DNA of 64,000 nt from a bacterium (GTDB taxonomy: Bacteria > Patescibacteriota > Minisyncoccia > Phycocordibacterales > UBA6899). The translations under genes were made by a program, and so were the position numbers. The stretch lies in the NCBI GenBank assembly GCA_043756865.1, contig JAYUQG010000024.1:27259-91258 (forward strand), in the 5' to 3' direction. The notes below the pieces were generated by a model. It saw nothing but the letters and a program-made list of their open reading frames with translations. It was not told where the DNA came from and searched no databases. Positions 18,975 to 28,768 of this stretch are shown here, piece after piece; position 1 is the stretch's first letter; each line of letters starts with the position of its first letter.

Positions 18975-21054
18975 TAATATACCCACGGATTTCCTTGTCA
19001 GTGCTCTGAATACTATTGGGAAAGAAAAGGAGTTTGGAGGAAAGACCATACGTCTTGCAGAACTGATACGTGAGGGGTATGCAGTGCCTACTTTTTTTGC
19101 AATTTCCGCGCCATTGGTTTTCCGCATGAAGGAGGAATTTAAAATTGATACTTATACAGTAGTGACGCAAATAGCTCACGAAGTGACCGTGCGTATCCCT
19201 GCGACACATTATGCGGTTCGTTCAAGCGCGCTTGCAGAGGACGGTGGCAACTCATCACATGCAGGAGAGTTTCTGACGTGCCTTAATGTTCCACCCGAAG
19301 GCGTTGCACAAGCAATCGCTGATGTGTTCCGTGATGCAATGCATAAAGGTTACGTCACCGCCGCACTCCCATTTTCAATAATTATTCAGGAATTTCAGGA
19401 ACCCGAGTTGGCTGGGGTACTATTCACGCGGCACCCGAGCGGTGAACGTGAGATGCTTCTTGAATGGACAAAGGGTAGGGGGGAGCAGGTTGTCTCAGGT
19501 CGTGGTGGAAAACGTTTGTCTTTTTTACGCGGCTCTCCGCCCTCCGCACTACCTCCAGCAGCGCGCCCGCTTGTGGATGTTGGCATTGCCATTGAATCAC
19601 TTTATAACTTTCCTCAGGATATCGAATGGGCAGTATCGGGCGGAAGACTGTTCTTGCTCCAAACTCGTCCTATCACCACGATTACTGGAGAGCGGTATGC
19701 GGGTATACTCAAGGCAGACGAAGTGGCGATGGGTTACCCAAAGGAATATTATTATGCGCGCGGTACACTGGCTGAGTCGTTTTCACGACCGCCTATCCTC
19801 GCTCGTTCCTTGCTGGAATACGTCTATCGTGCTTCCGGTCCTGTTGAACGCGCGTATCGCAAGCTTGGGGTGCATCCTGCATCAGCAGTGAGTTTTGTGA
19901 CGCTTTGTGGGGCATACTACATCGACCGAGAGTCGGAACTGAGGCAGTTTTATCCGACGCACAGCTATTTTGGCGGCACGCTACTGCGCCCGCATGTGGT
20001 GACACTCTCTGGGCTCTTTCGCACAATGCAAAATACGCGCGCACTCGCGCAACTTCCAAGAAAAAATATTGATACATATAAAGCAGAATTTACTGCAATT
20101 ACACATGAATGGTCTGAACTGGCAGACACAAGTGCCACATGGGAAGAGCATCTTTTGTTTCTCGACGCGTGGTACGAGCAAATATTTTTGGTCAACGTGG
20201 AGACCGAGGCGGCCATGCATAAACTGCGTGGTGCACTGCGTGGCTCGCCACACGCACTGGCAAATGTTATTGGCGCAACACTAGAGAACGTTGCCACACA
20301 TGCTCCACGCACCGCATTGCTTGGGGGAGTAAAAGCGCACATGAAGGGAAACTCGTTGAACATTGCTGATATGAGCGTATTTCAACACAAGCCTCCTGTA
20401 GCTACTCACTCGAACTTGGCGATACGTGATTGGTACAATGCGCTACCTTCGTCCCATCGTTCGCGTTTTGCACAAGCACTAGGAGAGTACCGTGCATATG
20501 AAGCACTCCGTGAGGAGGGGAGGTGGCTTACTGTCTTGCTCATGTCTGGACTACGGGACGCACTTATGCAGCGTAGTGCAGCATCAGGAATTCCAAATGA
20601 ACTTTGCTTTTTTCTCACACTCGACGAACTTCGGAGCGGGGATTGTGCAGTCGAAAAACTCAGGTCACGGTTTCAGGAACAAAGAGCATCTGACTTACTT
20701 GATTTTCCAGACGTTATTGCAAGCATTCCACGAGAGCGAAGCGAAGAAATCTATGGAGTTTCCGCAGGGGTGGCAACGGGCACACTTTCCTCATCTCGGA
20801 CAAACAAGGAAAAAGACACAATACTATTGGTAGATCATCTCGACCCGGAATTAGTCAGACATTTCCCGCACATAGCAGGAATCATCGCACGAGAAGGAGG
20901 AATACTCTCGCATCTTGCAATCATCGCTCGCGAATATGGAATCCCTGTTGTTGTCGATAGGCGCAGCGGTTCTTCATATCGGAGCGGAGACCACGTGCGG
21001 ATAGACGGAGGAAGTGGAACTATTGAGGTATCTGTAGCCCAGGAGAAGACATAA
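18967..21054 (+). CDS. PEP-utilising enzyme (ATP-grasp, central domain, C-terminal phospho-His swivel; rifampin-phosphotransferase-like architecture)
   Basis: GGK, YAVRSSA..EDG, SHAG, PQDIEWA, LQTRPIT and GGILSHLAIIAREYGIP. Confidence 0.88.
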   Translation: MNNNIPTDFLVSALNTIGKEKEFGGKTIRLAELIREGYAVPTFFAISAPLVFRMKEEFKIDTYTVVTQIAHEVTVRIPATHYAVRSSALAEDGGNSSHAGEFLTCLNVPPEGVAQAIADVFRDAMHKGYVTAALPFSIIIQEFQEPELAGVLFTRHPSGEREMLLEWTKGRGEQVVSGRGGKRLSFLRGSPPSALPPAARPLVDVGIAIESLYNFPQDIEWAVSGGRLFLLQTRPITTITGERYAGILKADEVAMGYPKEYYYARGTLAESFSRPPILARSLLEYVYRASGPVERAYRKLGVHPASAVSFVTLCGAYYIDRESELRQFYPTHSYFGGTLLRPHVVTLSGLFRTMQNTRALAQLPRKNIDTYKAEFTAITHEWSELADTSATWEEHLLFLDAWYEQIFLVNVETEAAMHKLRGALRGSPHALANVIGATLENVATHAPRTALLGGVKAHMKGNSLNIADMSVFQHKPPVATHSNLAIRDWYNALPSSHRSRFAQALGEYRAYEALREEGRWLTVLLMSGLRDALMQRSAASGIPNELCFFLTLDELRSGDCAVEKLRSRFQEQRASDLLDFPDVIASIPRERSEEIYGVSAGVATGTLSSSRTNKEKDTILLVDHLDPELVRHFPHIAGIIAREGGILSHLAIIAREYGIPVVVDRRSGSSYRSGDHVRIDGGSGTIEVSVAQEKT

Positions 21055-22222
21055 CAGGGACAGTTCGGGGTGGTGTAAGCGTGGTGTCGCGGTCAAGAAT
21101 CACCGTTTCCAAGTCACACTCTTCTCCCGTGGAGTGTGTATTCCACTTTGTGGTTGCTGATGAGTACCCATCAATTGGCATGGGGGCACTTTTTGCGTCC
21201 GTGCCGTCACTTGCGGGAAGGGCGAATGTGGCACAGAGCTCGAATTCTCCCTCAGTAACTGCGCCATTTTTCTGCATTGGGTTTGTAATACGATAAGTAT
21301 AAGGAATGCCTGTTTCTGGATCGGCGATGGTGGACATGCAGTATGCATACGCACTGGATTTTCCAATTTCAAAAAGCGTTGCGGGAAGCTGTTTGCGCTC
21401 CATTGCATATCCCGAGACGCAGTTTGCGATATTCATCAGATCGCTCGAACGCTGTGAGTCCAGACCGCGCATGCGTTCTGTTTTTGGCGAACCGGAAACG
21501 CTGAATCCGAGAATGATACCAATAACGACAAAGACGGTAACCCCAAGACCAATAGAGTGAAATGTTTTTCCCGTAATCGGATTTTTGTACTGAATCTTTT
21601 TGCGCTCGAGAAAGTAAAATCCAAAAATGGAACCTGCAACGAGAAGGATAGTAAGCGCTTTGAAGAAGAATCGCGCAGATACTTCGCCTTGCAGAAAGTA
21701 AAAGACGGTGACAATAAGGTCGCCCACGATTGTTACTGCAGTAATAAGCAGTACCAGATAGGTAAGCCATTTGGTGAGCTTCGATTCTACTTTGTCCTCA
21801 TCCTCACGGAACCGTTTAAACCACATGCGTACCGAAGATGCATAAAGGGGGAACGCCACAACGAGTGCGGCGATTGAGTAGTGCATTGCACTCGAAGAGG
21901 TGTCCGCATATCCATAACGTATGAGTAGTGGGTCAGGAAAAAAGTAATTAATGATTTGGTAATAGAGTGTCGCGAGTGCGGTCGCAACAATTCCAAGGAG
22001 TATAAATGAGAAGAAATTCAATACCACTTCGACCGTACTCGAAAGTGTGCCTACGCGGTGTCCGCGCTCGGGGGTGGGGACACCGGATGCAACAAGCGCA
22101 GCGGCAATTGCCTCATTTGCCTCATCGTGGGACCAGCCAACAGCCATGAGATTTGCTTTAACTGATTCAGTGTTACTTCCTGACTTTAGCGCTGCGAGGG
22201 TGTAGGTATGTATATTTTCCAT
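21020..22222 (-). CDS. DUF5671-type membrane protein
   Basis: Five TM helices, KWLTYLVL, GDLI, D.QR..DL, DPETG.PY.Y and FELCATF patterns. Confidence 0.7.
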   Translation of the reverse strand: MENIHTYTLAALKSGSNTESVKANLMAVGWSHDEANEAIAAALVASGVPTPERGHRVGTLSSTVEVVLNFFSFILLGIVATALATLYYQIINYFFPDPLLIRYGYADTSSSAMHYSIAALVVAFPLYASSVRMWFKRFREDEDKVESKLTKWLTYLVLLITAVTIVGDLIVTVFYFLQGEVSARFFFKALTILLVAGSIFGFYFLERKKIQYKNPITGKTFHSIGLGVTVFVVIGIILGFSVSGSPKTERMRGLDSQRSSDLMNIANCVSGYAMERKQLPATLFEIGKSSAYAYCMSTIADPETGIPYTYRITNPMQKNGAVTEGEFELCATFALPASDGTDAKSAPMPIDGYSSATTKWNTHSTGEECDLETVILDRDTTLTPPRTVPVMSSPGLQIPQ

Positions 22223-22343
22223 ATAATAAGTATAACAAATGAAACAACACATATGTGACAACGCGCCACGTAAAGTACCAGTGCCAACGCTTGCAAATTA
22301 CGGTATCTTTTGGGAAAGTATACCTAGGTACCATGAAGGGCAA

Positions 22344-22571
22344 ATGATGTTTAAAGGACTAAAGTCGTGGTGGAAAACTCACCAGCTCTGGAATCGTTTT
22401 TTTAAAGAACTTGAGAGGCTTGCGTATCAATTTGAACGCCGCACTGACTGTGCTGAGTGCGTGGCACACCTCACGGCAATCCAAGAAACATTTATCGCCG
22501 AGGGGCTTCCTGAGGATGAGGTTCGGCGACATCGTCCCATGGCATACTTGCATTACGGTGGAATTTGCTAA
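22344..22571 (+). CDS. Small hypothetical protein (paralogue of 27390-27626)
   Basis: 75-aa ORF followed by a terminator; aligns by eye with 27390-27626. Confidence 0.6.
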   Translation: MMFKGLKSWWKTHQLWNRFFKELERLAYQFERRTDCAECVAHLTAIQETFIAEGLPEDEVRRHRPMAYLHYGGIC

Positions 22572-22682
22572 TACCCCCCAGGCTTCAAAAGCCCCGCGCA
22601 CCTTGTGTGGGGCCTTTTCTTTTATTCCCCGTTTTCCTTTATACTGGTGAGAGTCATATTGTTCACTTTCTCTGGAGTTGTG

Positions 22683-22979
22683 ATGGCCGTACCTTTGTCG
22701 CCTCGACGATGTTCATACCCGGGATGCACTATTGTGTTCGGGGGACCAAATCGCCTCTTTTGTGCTAGACACAGCCAACTTCTCCTCGAGTTGGCAACAA
22801 AAAAGAAAGAGGCACCGCCAGTTCCTTCATCTTCGCCCCCACTTCCTGCACCGGCACCCCCCGCTCCCGTATCACCCACTTCGCCCACAGAGAGTCCTGT
22901 GCGGCGCGTTCGTCGCGGACACCGCGACCAAGTTGAAGTGCTGAAACGAAAAATCGCCAGACGTTCCGAGTCACCTTAA
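22683..22979 (+). CDS. Small Pro-rich protein with putative C-x4-C-x11-C-x2-H zinc finger
   Basis: CSYPGC...FCARH, Pro-rich linker, basic tail; GGAG SD. Confidence 0.5.
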   Translation: MAVPLSPRRCSYPGCTIVFGGPNRLFCARHSQLLLELATKKKEAPPVPSSSPPLPAPAPPAPVSPTSPTESPVRRVRRGHRDQVEVLKRKIARRSESP

Positions 22980-22991
22980 GTGTGGCTCTTT

Positions 22992-23381
22992 TTATACACC
23001 CCGCGCTTGCGCCTGTGTGCCCAACACTTCATTTACTTTTGTTATCACTTCCCATGGGCGAATGTTTGCTTTGTTGAGATATGCCGCTGCCCCCAGCTTT
23101 TTACCTTCAGCAATATGCTCCTCGTCATTAAGGTTACTGAGAATAATGACCGGAATCTTTTTCAGTGCTGGGTTATTTTTGACTTGCGCAAGTAGCTCCA
23201 GCCCGCTCATTCCGGGAAGCATGATATCAAGCAACATGAGGTCAGGATTCTTTTCTGTAATAATTGGCAATGCTTCTTCGGCGGTTACTGCACTGAGTAA
23301 CTTATAATTTGCAAATGTAACGGACAGCCCCATGAGTTCCGCAAGTAACGGATCGTCTTCAACGAGGAGAATTGTAAGCAT
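22992..23381 (-). CDS. Stand-alone response regulator receiver protein
   Basis: ILLVEDD, PDLMLLDIMLPGMSG, IPVIILSN and YLNK. Confidence 0.92.
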   Translation of the reverse strand: MLTILLVEDDPLLAELMGLSVTFANYKLLSAVTAEEALPIITEKNPDLMLLDIMLPGMSGLELLAQVKNNPALKKIPVIILSNLNDEEHIAEGKKLGAAAYLNKANIRPWEVITKVNEVLGTQAQARGV

Positions 23382-23551
23382 AGTGTTATTTTCGCATTTT
23401 TAATTGAATATGAAAAGATAATAAGTATCATATCTCGCAACTAAAACGAGGAGCCTTTCTTGTATACAGTGGGGAATTGACTCGCCCACACGTATTTGAC
23501 AAAGTAGGTTTTGTAATGTATTCATATATTAGTATTGTTTGAGGAGTGTCC

Positions 23552-24043
23552 ATGCTTATCGATCTTCGTGACCGAGTCTCCACAAGGGCTGCAACGCTCT
23601 TTCTCGACGAGCAGCGTTCGCAAGGCAAAAAAATTGGCTACACATCGGGTTGCTATGACCTGATACATTTCAATCACTTCTGGTACTTTCAACTGTGTCG
23701 TCGGCAGTGTGATGTACTCATTGTCGGGGTTGATTCTGACGAAATGGTGCGCAGCGAAAAAGGCCTAACGCGTCCGTTCACGTCTGACTTCAAGCGACTC
23801 TTGATGGTGGATGCACTCAAGCCGGTCACCTTTGCATTCATCATGGGGAGTTCCTCTGACTTTGCTCGGGCAGCAGAACTCTTCACCCCCGACTACATGT
23901 TCCGCAACGACGACTTTCTCGGACGCGAAGACCAAGTGTGGGGACGCGAGTTTGCTGGCGAGGTGGTCATCATCCGTGACGTTGAGGACCACACCTCAAC
24001 AACAGCACTTTCACGGAGCATTGCGAGTCGCCTCGCCACATAG
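23552..24043 (+). CDS. Cytidylyl/adenylyltransferase (HxGH superfamily, RfaE/TagD-like)
   Basis: YTSGCYDLIHFNH, LIVGVDSD, KG..RP and TSTT. Confidence 0.85.
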   Translation: MLIDLRDRVSTRAATLFLDEQRSQGKKIGYTSGCYDLIHFNHFWYFQLCRRQCDVLIVGVDSDEMVRSEKGLTRPFTSDFKRLLMVDALKPVTFAFIMGSSSDFARAAELFTPDYMFRNDDFLGREDQVWGREFAGEVVIIRDVEDHTSTTALSRSIASRLAT

Positions 24044-24114
24044 ATGCAAACCCCGACTCACGTTGGGGTATTTTTCAATAAATAAAAAACACCCCAATGC
24101 AGGGGTGTGTGATA

Positions 24115-25149
24115 CTAACTCAAAGGTACTGAGGAGGCAAACGGAGCGCGTTCATACACACCACGAAAGCCGTCGAATACATTGATAGCGCGTCCAAGGA
24201 GGTCTTCCTTGAGACAGAGCTCGTCGCAGAGCATCATGCGCCGGTATCCAATGTCGTAGAGCCATGCGAGCTCCGACAGATCAGCGTTTGAAGGCACAGA
24301 GTCACGAATGGCCGAAAGGAGAATCCGCGAACCGACGCAGGCCTCAGGGTCTTTGTCGGCAATCAGCCTTACTGCGGAAAGGATATCGTGCGGTCGGTCG
24401 ACTTCGACGAACATGTCACCGCGTGCTGCGACGAGTGAGAGTTCATTACACTTTCTGAAGTCACGCTCGACATACGCGAGTCCTTTTTTGTCCTCAATCT
24501 TGAGGTAGACCTCGGCATCACGTCCGACGAGCTCGCGAAATTCGTCCACATCGCGTTTCGACTGAACGTACGAAAGAAAGTACTTCGTAAATCCCGCTGC
24601 TTTCACGCGTGCTATCTTTGCGAGTTCTTTGTCGGTGAACTGTGGGCCAAAAACTTCCAAACTGGGATGACGAATATGGAGTGACTCGCCTGCGACCAGA
24701 TTGTAGTGTGGTTCGCGGGGCGAAAGTACCAGTCGTCTCCCGTTCTCTTCAATCCGCTCCAAGAGTGCATGATCGGCTCCCGCTTTGAATAAGACAGGAG
24801 TCGGGGTCACGACCTTGATGGGGTGATTCAAGACGAGTTCGTAGTGATCGTCTGCACGATGCACTTCTTCGATACGCAACTGTCGTCCCTTCACATCGAA
24901 GTAGAGGGGGACAGGGTTTGTGCTTGCACGACTGCCGAGCCGCGCGAGTTCTTCCTCGAGCATGGGCCCCGTAATCATCGCACTGTTGAGGCGGATGCCG
25001 TGGAGCCGTTTGTCGGTCGCGAATCGTTCGAAGTGTGGGAAGCTAGGCCACAAGGTGACCATAAGCTCGAGCTTGAGGCTCTCGCGAACGAATGTCGGAT
25101 CTCGCCGAAACATTCTATCCAACAGATCACGCAAGCGCGTCGAGCTCAT
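24115..25149 (-). CDS. Pyruvate-kinase-like barrel protein lacking the C-terminal regulatory domain
   Basis: IRLNS, DVKGRQLR, LSYVQS, KIED, ARGDMFVE and MLCDEL match divergent PK motifs. Confidence 0.75.
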   Translation of the reverse strand: MSSTRLRDLLDRMFRRDPTFVRESLKLELMVTLWPSFPHFERFATDKRLHGIRLNSAMITGPMLEEELARLGSRASTNPVPLYFDVKGRQLRIEEVHRADDHYELVLNHPIKVVTPTPVLFKAGADHALLERIEENGRRLVLSPREPHYNLVAGESLHIRHPSLEVFGPQFTDKELAKIARVKAAGFTKYFLSYVQSKRDVDEFRELVGRDAEVYLKIEDKKGLAYVERDFRKCNELSLVAARGDMFVEVDRPHDILSAVRLIADKDPEACVGSRILLSAIRDSVPSNADLSELAWLYDIGYRRMMLCDELCLKEDLLGRAINVFDGFRGVYERAPFASSVPLS

Positions 25150-26122
25150 CGCTGTCGTCCTTTCCTTTGCGTCCGGCGAGTCGTGACTTGCCGGGGTCAA
25201 CCACTGCGCCACCGCGCTTCGGTCCAGGGAGTGCAAGCACGGTCTTTAATGATTTCATCACGGTGAGCACTTGGTCATGGCGTTGGCGACCTGCGATTTC
25301 TTCTTGGAAGTACCCAATACGCCCAGACTCCTTGGCCAGAATCCCGAAGATGACGTCCACGACGCGGTCAGCTGACGGCAAGATTGCGATGTGGTCGGCA
25401 CCGATGAGCGCAGCCCAGTCGTCGTATATGCGTTGGTCTGTGGGGGTCATGCGGTCGCCTGGCGTATCGTCATAAGGCTTCTTCACGAGGTAGACTGCGA
25501 ACTTTTGTCTGAGTTCATCAAATACCTGTTTTGTTGTGATGTTGCCTTCGAGGTCGACGTGCGCATATTTCTTTGCGTCATCCTTGGTAATCATGTCGTA
25601 CGGCGATTCGTCGCCGATGAAGATGATGACGGGATTCACGGCGTTCGGAAGCGATGCATTACGCGCATAGTAGAGCGCAGCAAGTTCATATGTCTCCTGC
25701 TTTGTCCCACCACCCTTTTTTTCCATGATGAGCGCTTCGAGTTCCGACTTCATGTGTTCGCCTTTGGAAAAGGCGCGAATTTGAAGTGGGTAGTCTTCCC
25801 GATGGCGTGCGTCCCCGATTGCTGCAAAGGAGAACTCGACATCTGTGCCGAGATATTCTTCACGTGCTTCGTGGTCGAGGTACGGCAGCTTCGAAAACAT
25901 GACTGCCGGCCAATCTGCCATTGAGCCAGTTTGGTCAGCCACAATCACGAGTGCAGCGCGTGCTGCGGTCGCAATCGAGGTTGGGACAACATCCTTGAGG
26001 TCCCTGCCCGTTTTCTTTGCGTCGTCGTAGCTGCGCCCGGCGTGGACGTCGTATGCACGTCGTGCGCTTGAAAAGTCATGGCCGCCGCCCCATGCGGGGG
26101 TGAAATCGCCTGCTTCAGACAT
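25127..26122 (-). CDS. von Willebrand factor A (vWA) domain protein
   Basis: MIDAS-like DQTGSM, AIGD, GGG..ETYE and FIGDESPY. Confidence 0.8.
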   Translation of the reverse strand: MSEAGDFTPAWGGGHDFSSARRAYDVHAGRSYDDAKKTGRDLKDVVPTSIATAARAALVIVADQTGSMADWPAVMFSKLPYLDHEAREEYLGTDVEFSFAAIGDARHREDYPLQIRAFSKGEHMKSELEALIMEKKGGGTKQETYELAALYYARNASLPNAVNPVIIFIGDESPYDMITKDDAKKYAHVDLEGNITTKQVFDELRQKFAVYLVKKPYDDTPGDRMTPTDQRIYDDWAALIGADHIAILPSADRVVDVIFGILAKESGRIGYFQEEIAGRQRHDQVLTVMKSLKTVLALPGPKRGGAVVDPGKSRLAGRKGKDDSDELDALA

Positions 26123-26158
26123 GAGTTTGTCCTTTCGAGAGTGGGATTGATGTGAGGT

Positions 26159-27193
26159 TCACGACTTCACGCCGCGAATGGGTTTCATGCCCGAGGTGCT
26201 GCGACCAAACGCGGCAACTCGGATACGTTGGAATTCTTCGGTGATGTTTCTCTTGTTCCAGTTCGGACGTCTCATGACGTCGCGCACGATGAGCGAGCGT
26301 ATGAAGTCGCACATGGCGTCGGGTACTGTTGATGGTACTTCTTTGCGCACCACGGTCTCAATGCCGCCCCCCAAAAGAAACAGCATGGTCATGCCGAGAC
26401 TGTAGAAGTCGGTCTCGGGAATGAGCGGTTTTCCTTGAAGCTGTTCTTGCGGAGAAAAATGCTCGGTATATCCATCGGCTTGCGTGTCTCGGTCCGGCTT
26501 CACTTGCGAGAGTCCGAAGTCGACGAGACAAACGGTGTGGTCTGTCTCCTGCACGATGATGTTCTGCGGCTTGATGTCGCCGTGCACCACTCCGTTGTAG
26601 TGCAGATAGTGCAGTGCATTCAAGAGCCGCTCCGTAATCCATGCAACTGATTCTGCATCGAGTCGCCCTTTTTCTTCAACGATGTCGAAGAGATTTTTGC
26701 CCGGAATGTAGCTCATCACGAGAAAGTAGCGACCGTCGTCGGTGCGCACCAGCTCGCGTACTGCGGGGAGTGCAAAGTGTCGCAAGTCCCACAGCAGTTT
26801 TGTCTCACGCAAGAGGATAGCTTGAATATTCGCCTCGGGCCATGCGCAGTCTTTGATGCAGACAGGCAGTCCCGTGACAACATGTTCTGCAAGATAGGTT
26901 CTTCCAAACCCGCCTGCGGCAATCTTGCTTTTCACGCGATAAGCTCCCACGAGCTTGCCGCTGACACCTTCGCCTCGACGATACTTGTCGTATTGTTGAC
27001 GCAGTGCGTCGTCCCCAATCACGTTATAGGCCTCGTTGATCTCCTGTGACGTCCGCACGGTGCTTCCGTGGTCAGGATGCTTCAGGCTCATGAGTGCTTT
27101 CCACGCCGCTTTTATCACGGCAGGGTCGGCGGTCGGATGAACCTGAAGCCGCGCATAGAGGTCATGCTCGAACGCGGATAGTACTGGCTTCAT
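26159..27193 (-). CDS. DnaJ J-domain fused to a Hanks-type Ser/Thr protein kinase
   Basis: J domain with HPD and INEAY...R..YD; kinase GGFG, CIK, HGDIKPQN and DFG. Confidence 0.92.
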   Translation of the reverse strand: MKPVLSAFEHDLYARLQVHPTADPAVIKAAWKALMSLKHPDHGSTVRTSQEINEAYNVIGDDALRQQYDKYRRGEGVSGKLVGAYRVKSKIAAGGFGRTYLAEHVVTGLPVCIKDCAWPEANIQAILLRETKLLWDLRHFALPAVRELVRTDDGRYFLVMSYIPGKNLFDIVEEKGRLDAESVAWITERLLNALHYLHYNGVVHGDIKPQNIIVQETDHTVCLVDFGLSQVKPDRDTQADGYTEHFSPQEQLQGKPLIPETDFYSLGMTMLFLLGGGIETVVRKEVPSTVPDAMCDFIRSLIVRDVMRRPNWNKRNITEEFQRIRVAAFGRSTSGMKPIRGVKS

Positions 27194-27389
27194 GCGATAT
27201 GTCTCCTTTCATAAAACTGAATTAATGTTCTCCTGTCCAAAATCTACAATATTTTTTACAAAAGTAAATGGGCCAGGTGAGCCTTGCTCACCTGGCCCAC
27301 GCTTGTGCTTAATCCATTTTTTTGTTCCGACTTCATTCATTTTTTAGCGGAAACAAGGTACTCTGGAATCAGAGCGCAAAGGAGCAGGT

Positions 27390-27626
27390 ATGTACTGGTT
27401 AAGTGTTTGGTTGAATTATTTTCGTGACTGGCGCAGGAAATGTCGGTTGGAAAGCGAATTTCTTTTCGAGTATCGCCCGTATGCATTCAGGCTTGTGATG
27501 GGGGATCTGACAAAATCTCAGTACGATTCTGATATGGAAGCACTTCGCGCCAAGTATCGCGCACTCGGACTTTCCGACCAAACCATGCGTAGCATTGAGT
27601 CCTTTCCGACAACTCTCGAAGGTTAA
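27390..27626 (+). CDS. Small hypothetical protein (paralogue of 22344-22571)
   Basis: AAGGAG SD and downstream terminator AAGCCC-tcaa-GGGCTTTTT. Confidence 0.65.
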   Translation: MYWLSVWLNYFRDWRRKCRLESEFLFEYRPYAFRLVMGDLTKSQYDSDMEALRAKYRALGLSDQTMRSIESFPTTLEG

Positions 27627-27690
27627 GTGTATTCGATAAGCCCTCAAGGGCTTTTTGTTTACCATAATTAAAAACCGCTCGTTAGAGCGG

Positions 27691-28611
27691 TCAGTCAGCT
27701 ACAAGTGTGTTTTGTGACTTGCGTGTGTCGGCGATTGCGTCGAGCAATGTGTACGTGTTCTGGAACGCATTGTGCCATGTCGTGTCGATTATTTCATAGC
27801 CATTCTGCTCGAGAATTTTGACCATACCGGGGAGGTGTCCTCCTCCCCACACTGATATGACATCAGCAGTTTTGCGGTGTGCAATTATCGCATCACACCC
27901 CACCACGTTACGCATATCAATGATTACGGACATCATTTTACGGTTTCTGTTTCGACCGAGAAATGAGACCAGTGGCAGGTGTCCCAGTATCTTTTCAATA
28001 TACCAACGCACAAAAGGTTTCTGGCGGGCGCTTAATCCAAGTTTTTTGAGGGCAAAAAGCTCTGGAACACCACCAGGGATTTCCGCGAGAGCCTTGATGA
28101 ATGCAGACCCCGTGAGGTCAGTGCGTACCCAAGAATCAGGATACGCGAGGCCTTCTCGTTGGTAGGTAATTCCTATCAAATCGCCAAACTCTTTTTGAAC
28201 TCCTATTAACTGAGTGAAACCCTCATAAATTTCTGCCTCAGCCTCTCCAAAAAGGGCTTTTTCCTCTTCGCTTACGCGCGAAATTCCTTCATAGAGCACC
28301 GTTGCTTGGGGTCGGGCGTCGACAAACGACTGAAGTTTGTCCCAGTACTTTTTTTGTGCAATGTGCATCACGCCAATTAGGTACACAAGTTTTCCTGTGT
28401 CATTCTCCCGCAGTGTAACAATGGGGAGCTGTATTTTGCCAAAGCGTCGGCGGGTATACCCCGTCCCTTTCCACTCAAGCAGGGCGATGAGTACAAACAG
28501 GAGACAGACAAGTGGGACCAATAAAAGACCGAGAGTCACGAGTGTTATCCCAAAGGCAAATACACAAAACGCGAGTATGCAGAGAGTGATTGAGAGCAAC
28601 AGTATTTCCAT
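27691..28611 (-). CDS. Membrane-anchored TraB/GumN-like hypothetical protein
   Basis: N-terminal TM, LIGVMH, VLYEG, RN and WGGGHLPGM. Confidence 0.55.
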   Translation of the reverse strand: MEILLLSITLCILAFCVFAFGITLVTLGLLLVPLVCLLFVLIALLEWKGTGYTRRRFGKIQLPIVTLRENDTGKLVYLIGVMHIAQKKYWDKLQSFVDARPQATVLYEGISRVSEEEKALFGEAEAEIYEGFTQLIGVQKEFGDLIGITYQREGLAYPDSWVRTDLTGSAFIKALAEIPGGVPELFALKKLGLSARQKPFVRWYIEKILGHLPLVSFLGRNRNRKMMSVIIDMRNVVGCDAIIAHRKTADVISVWGGGHLPGMVKILEQNGYEIIDTTWHNAFQNTYTLLDAIADTRKSQNTLVAD

Positions 28612-28768
28612 CGAGCCTCCATTGTTTCTAAGTGCATACTGAAATAATATAGCCCTTATGTCAAATATTTACACCCCACAACTCAGGTTTATTATGAAAA
28701 AAATTTTTGACAAATATTTTATTTATGGTAATTTCTAATTTAGATTAATTCAACATAGGTAACCCCAG

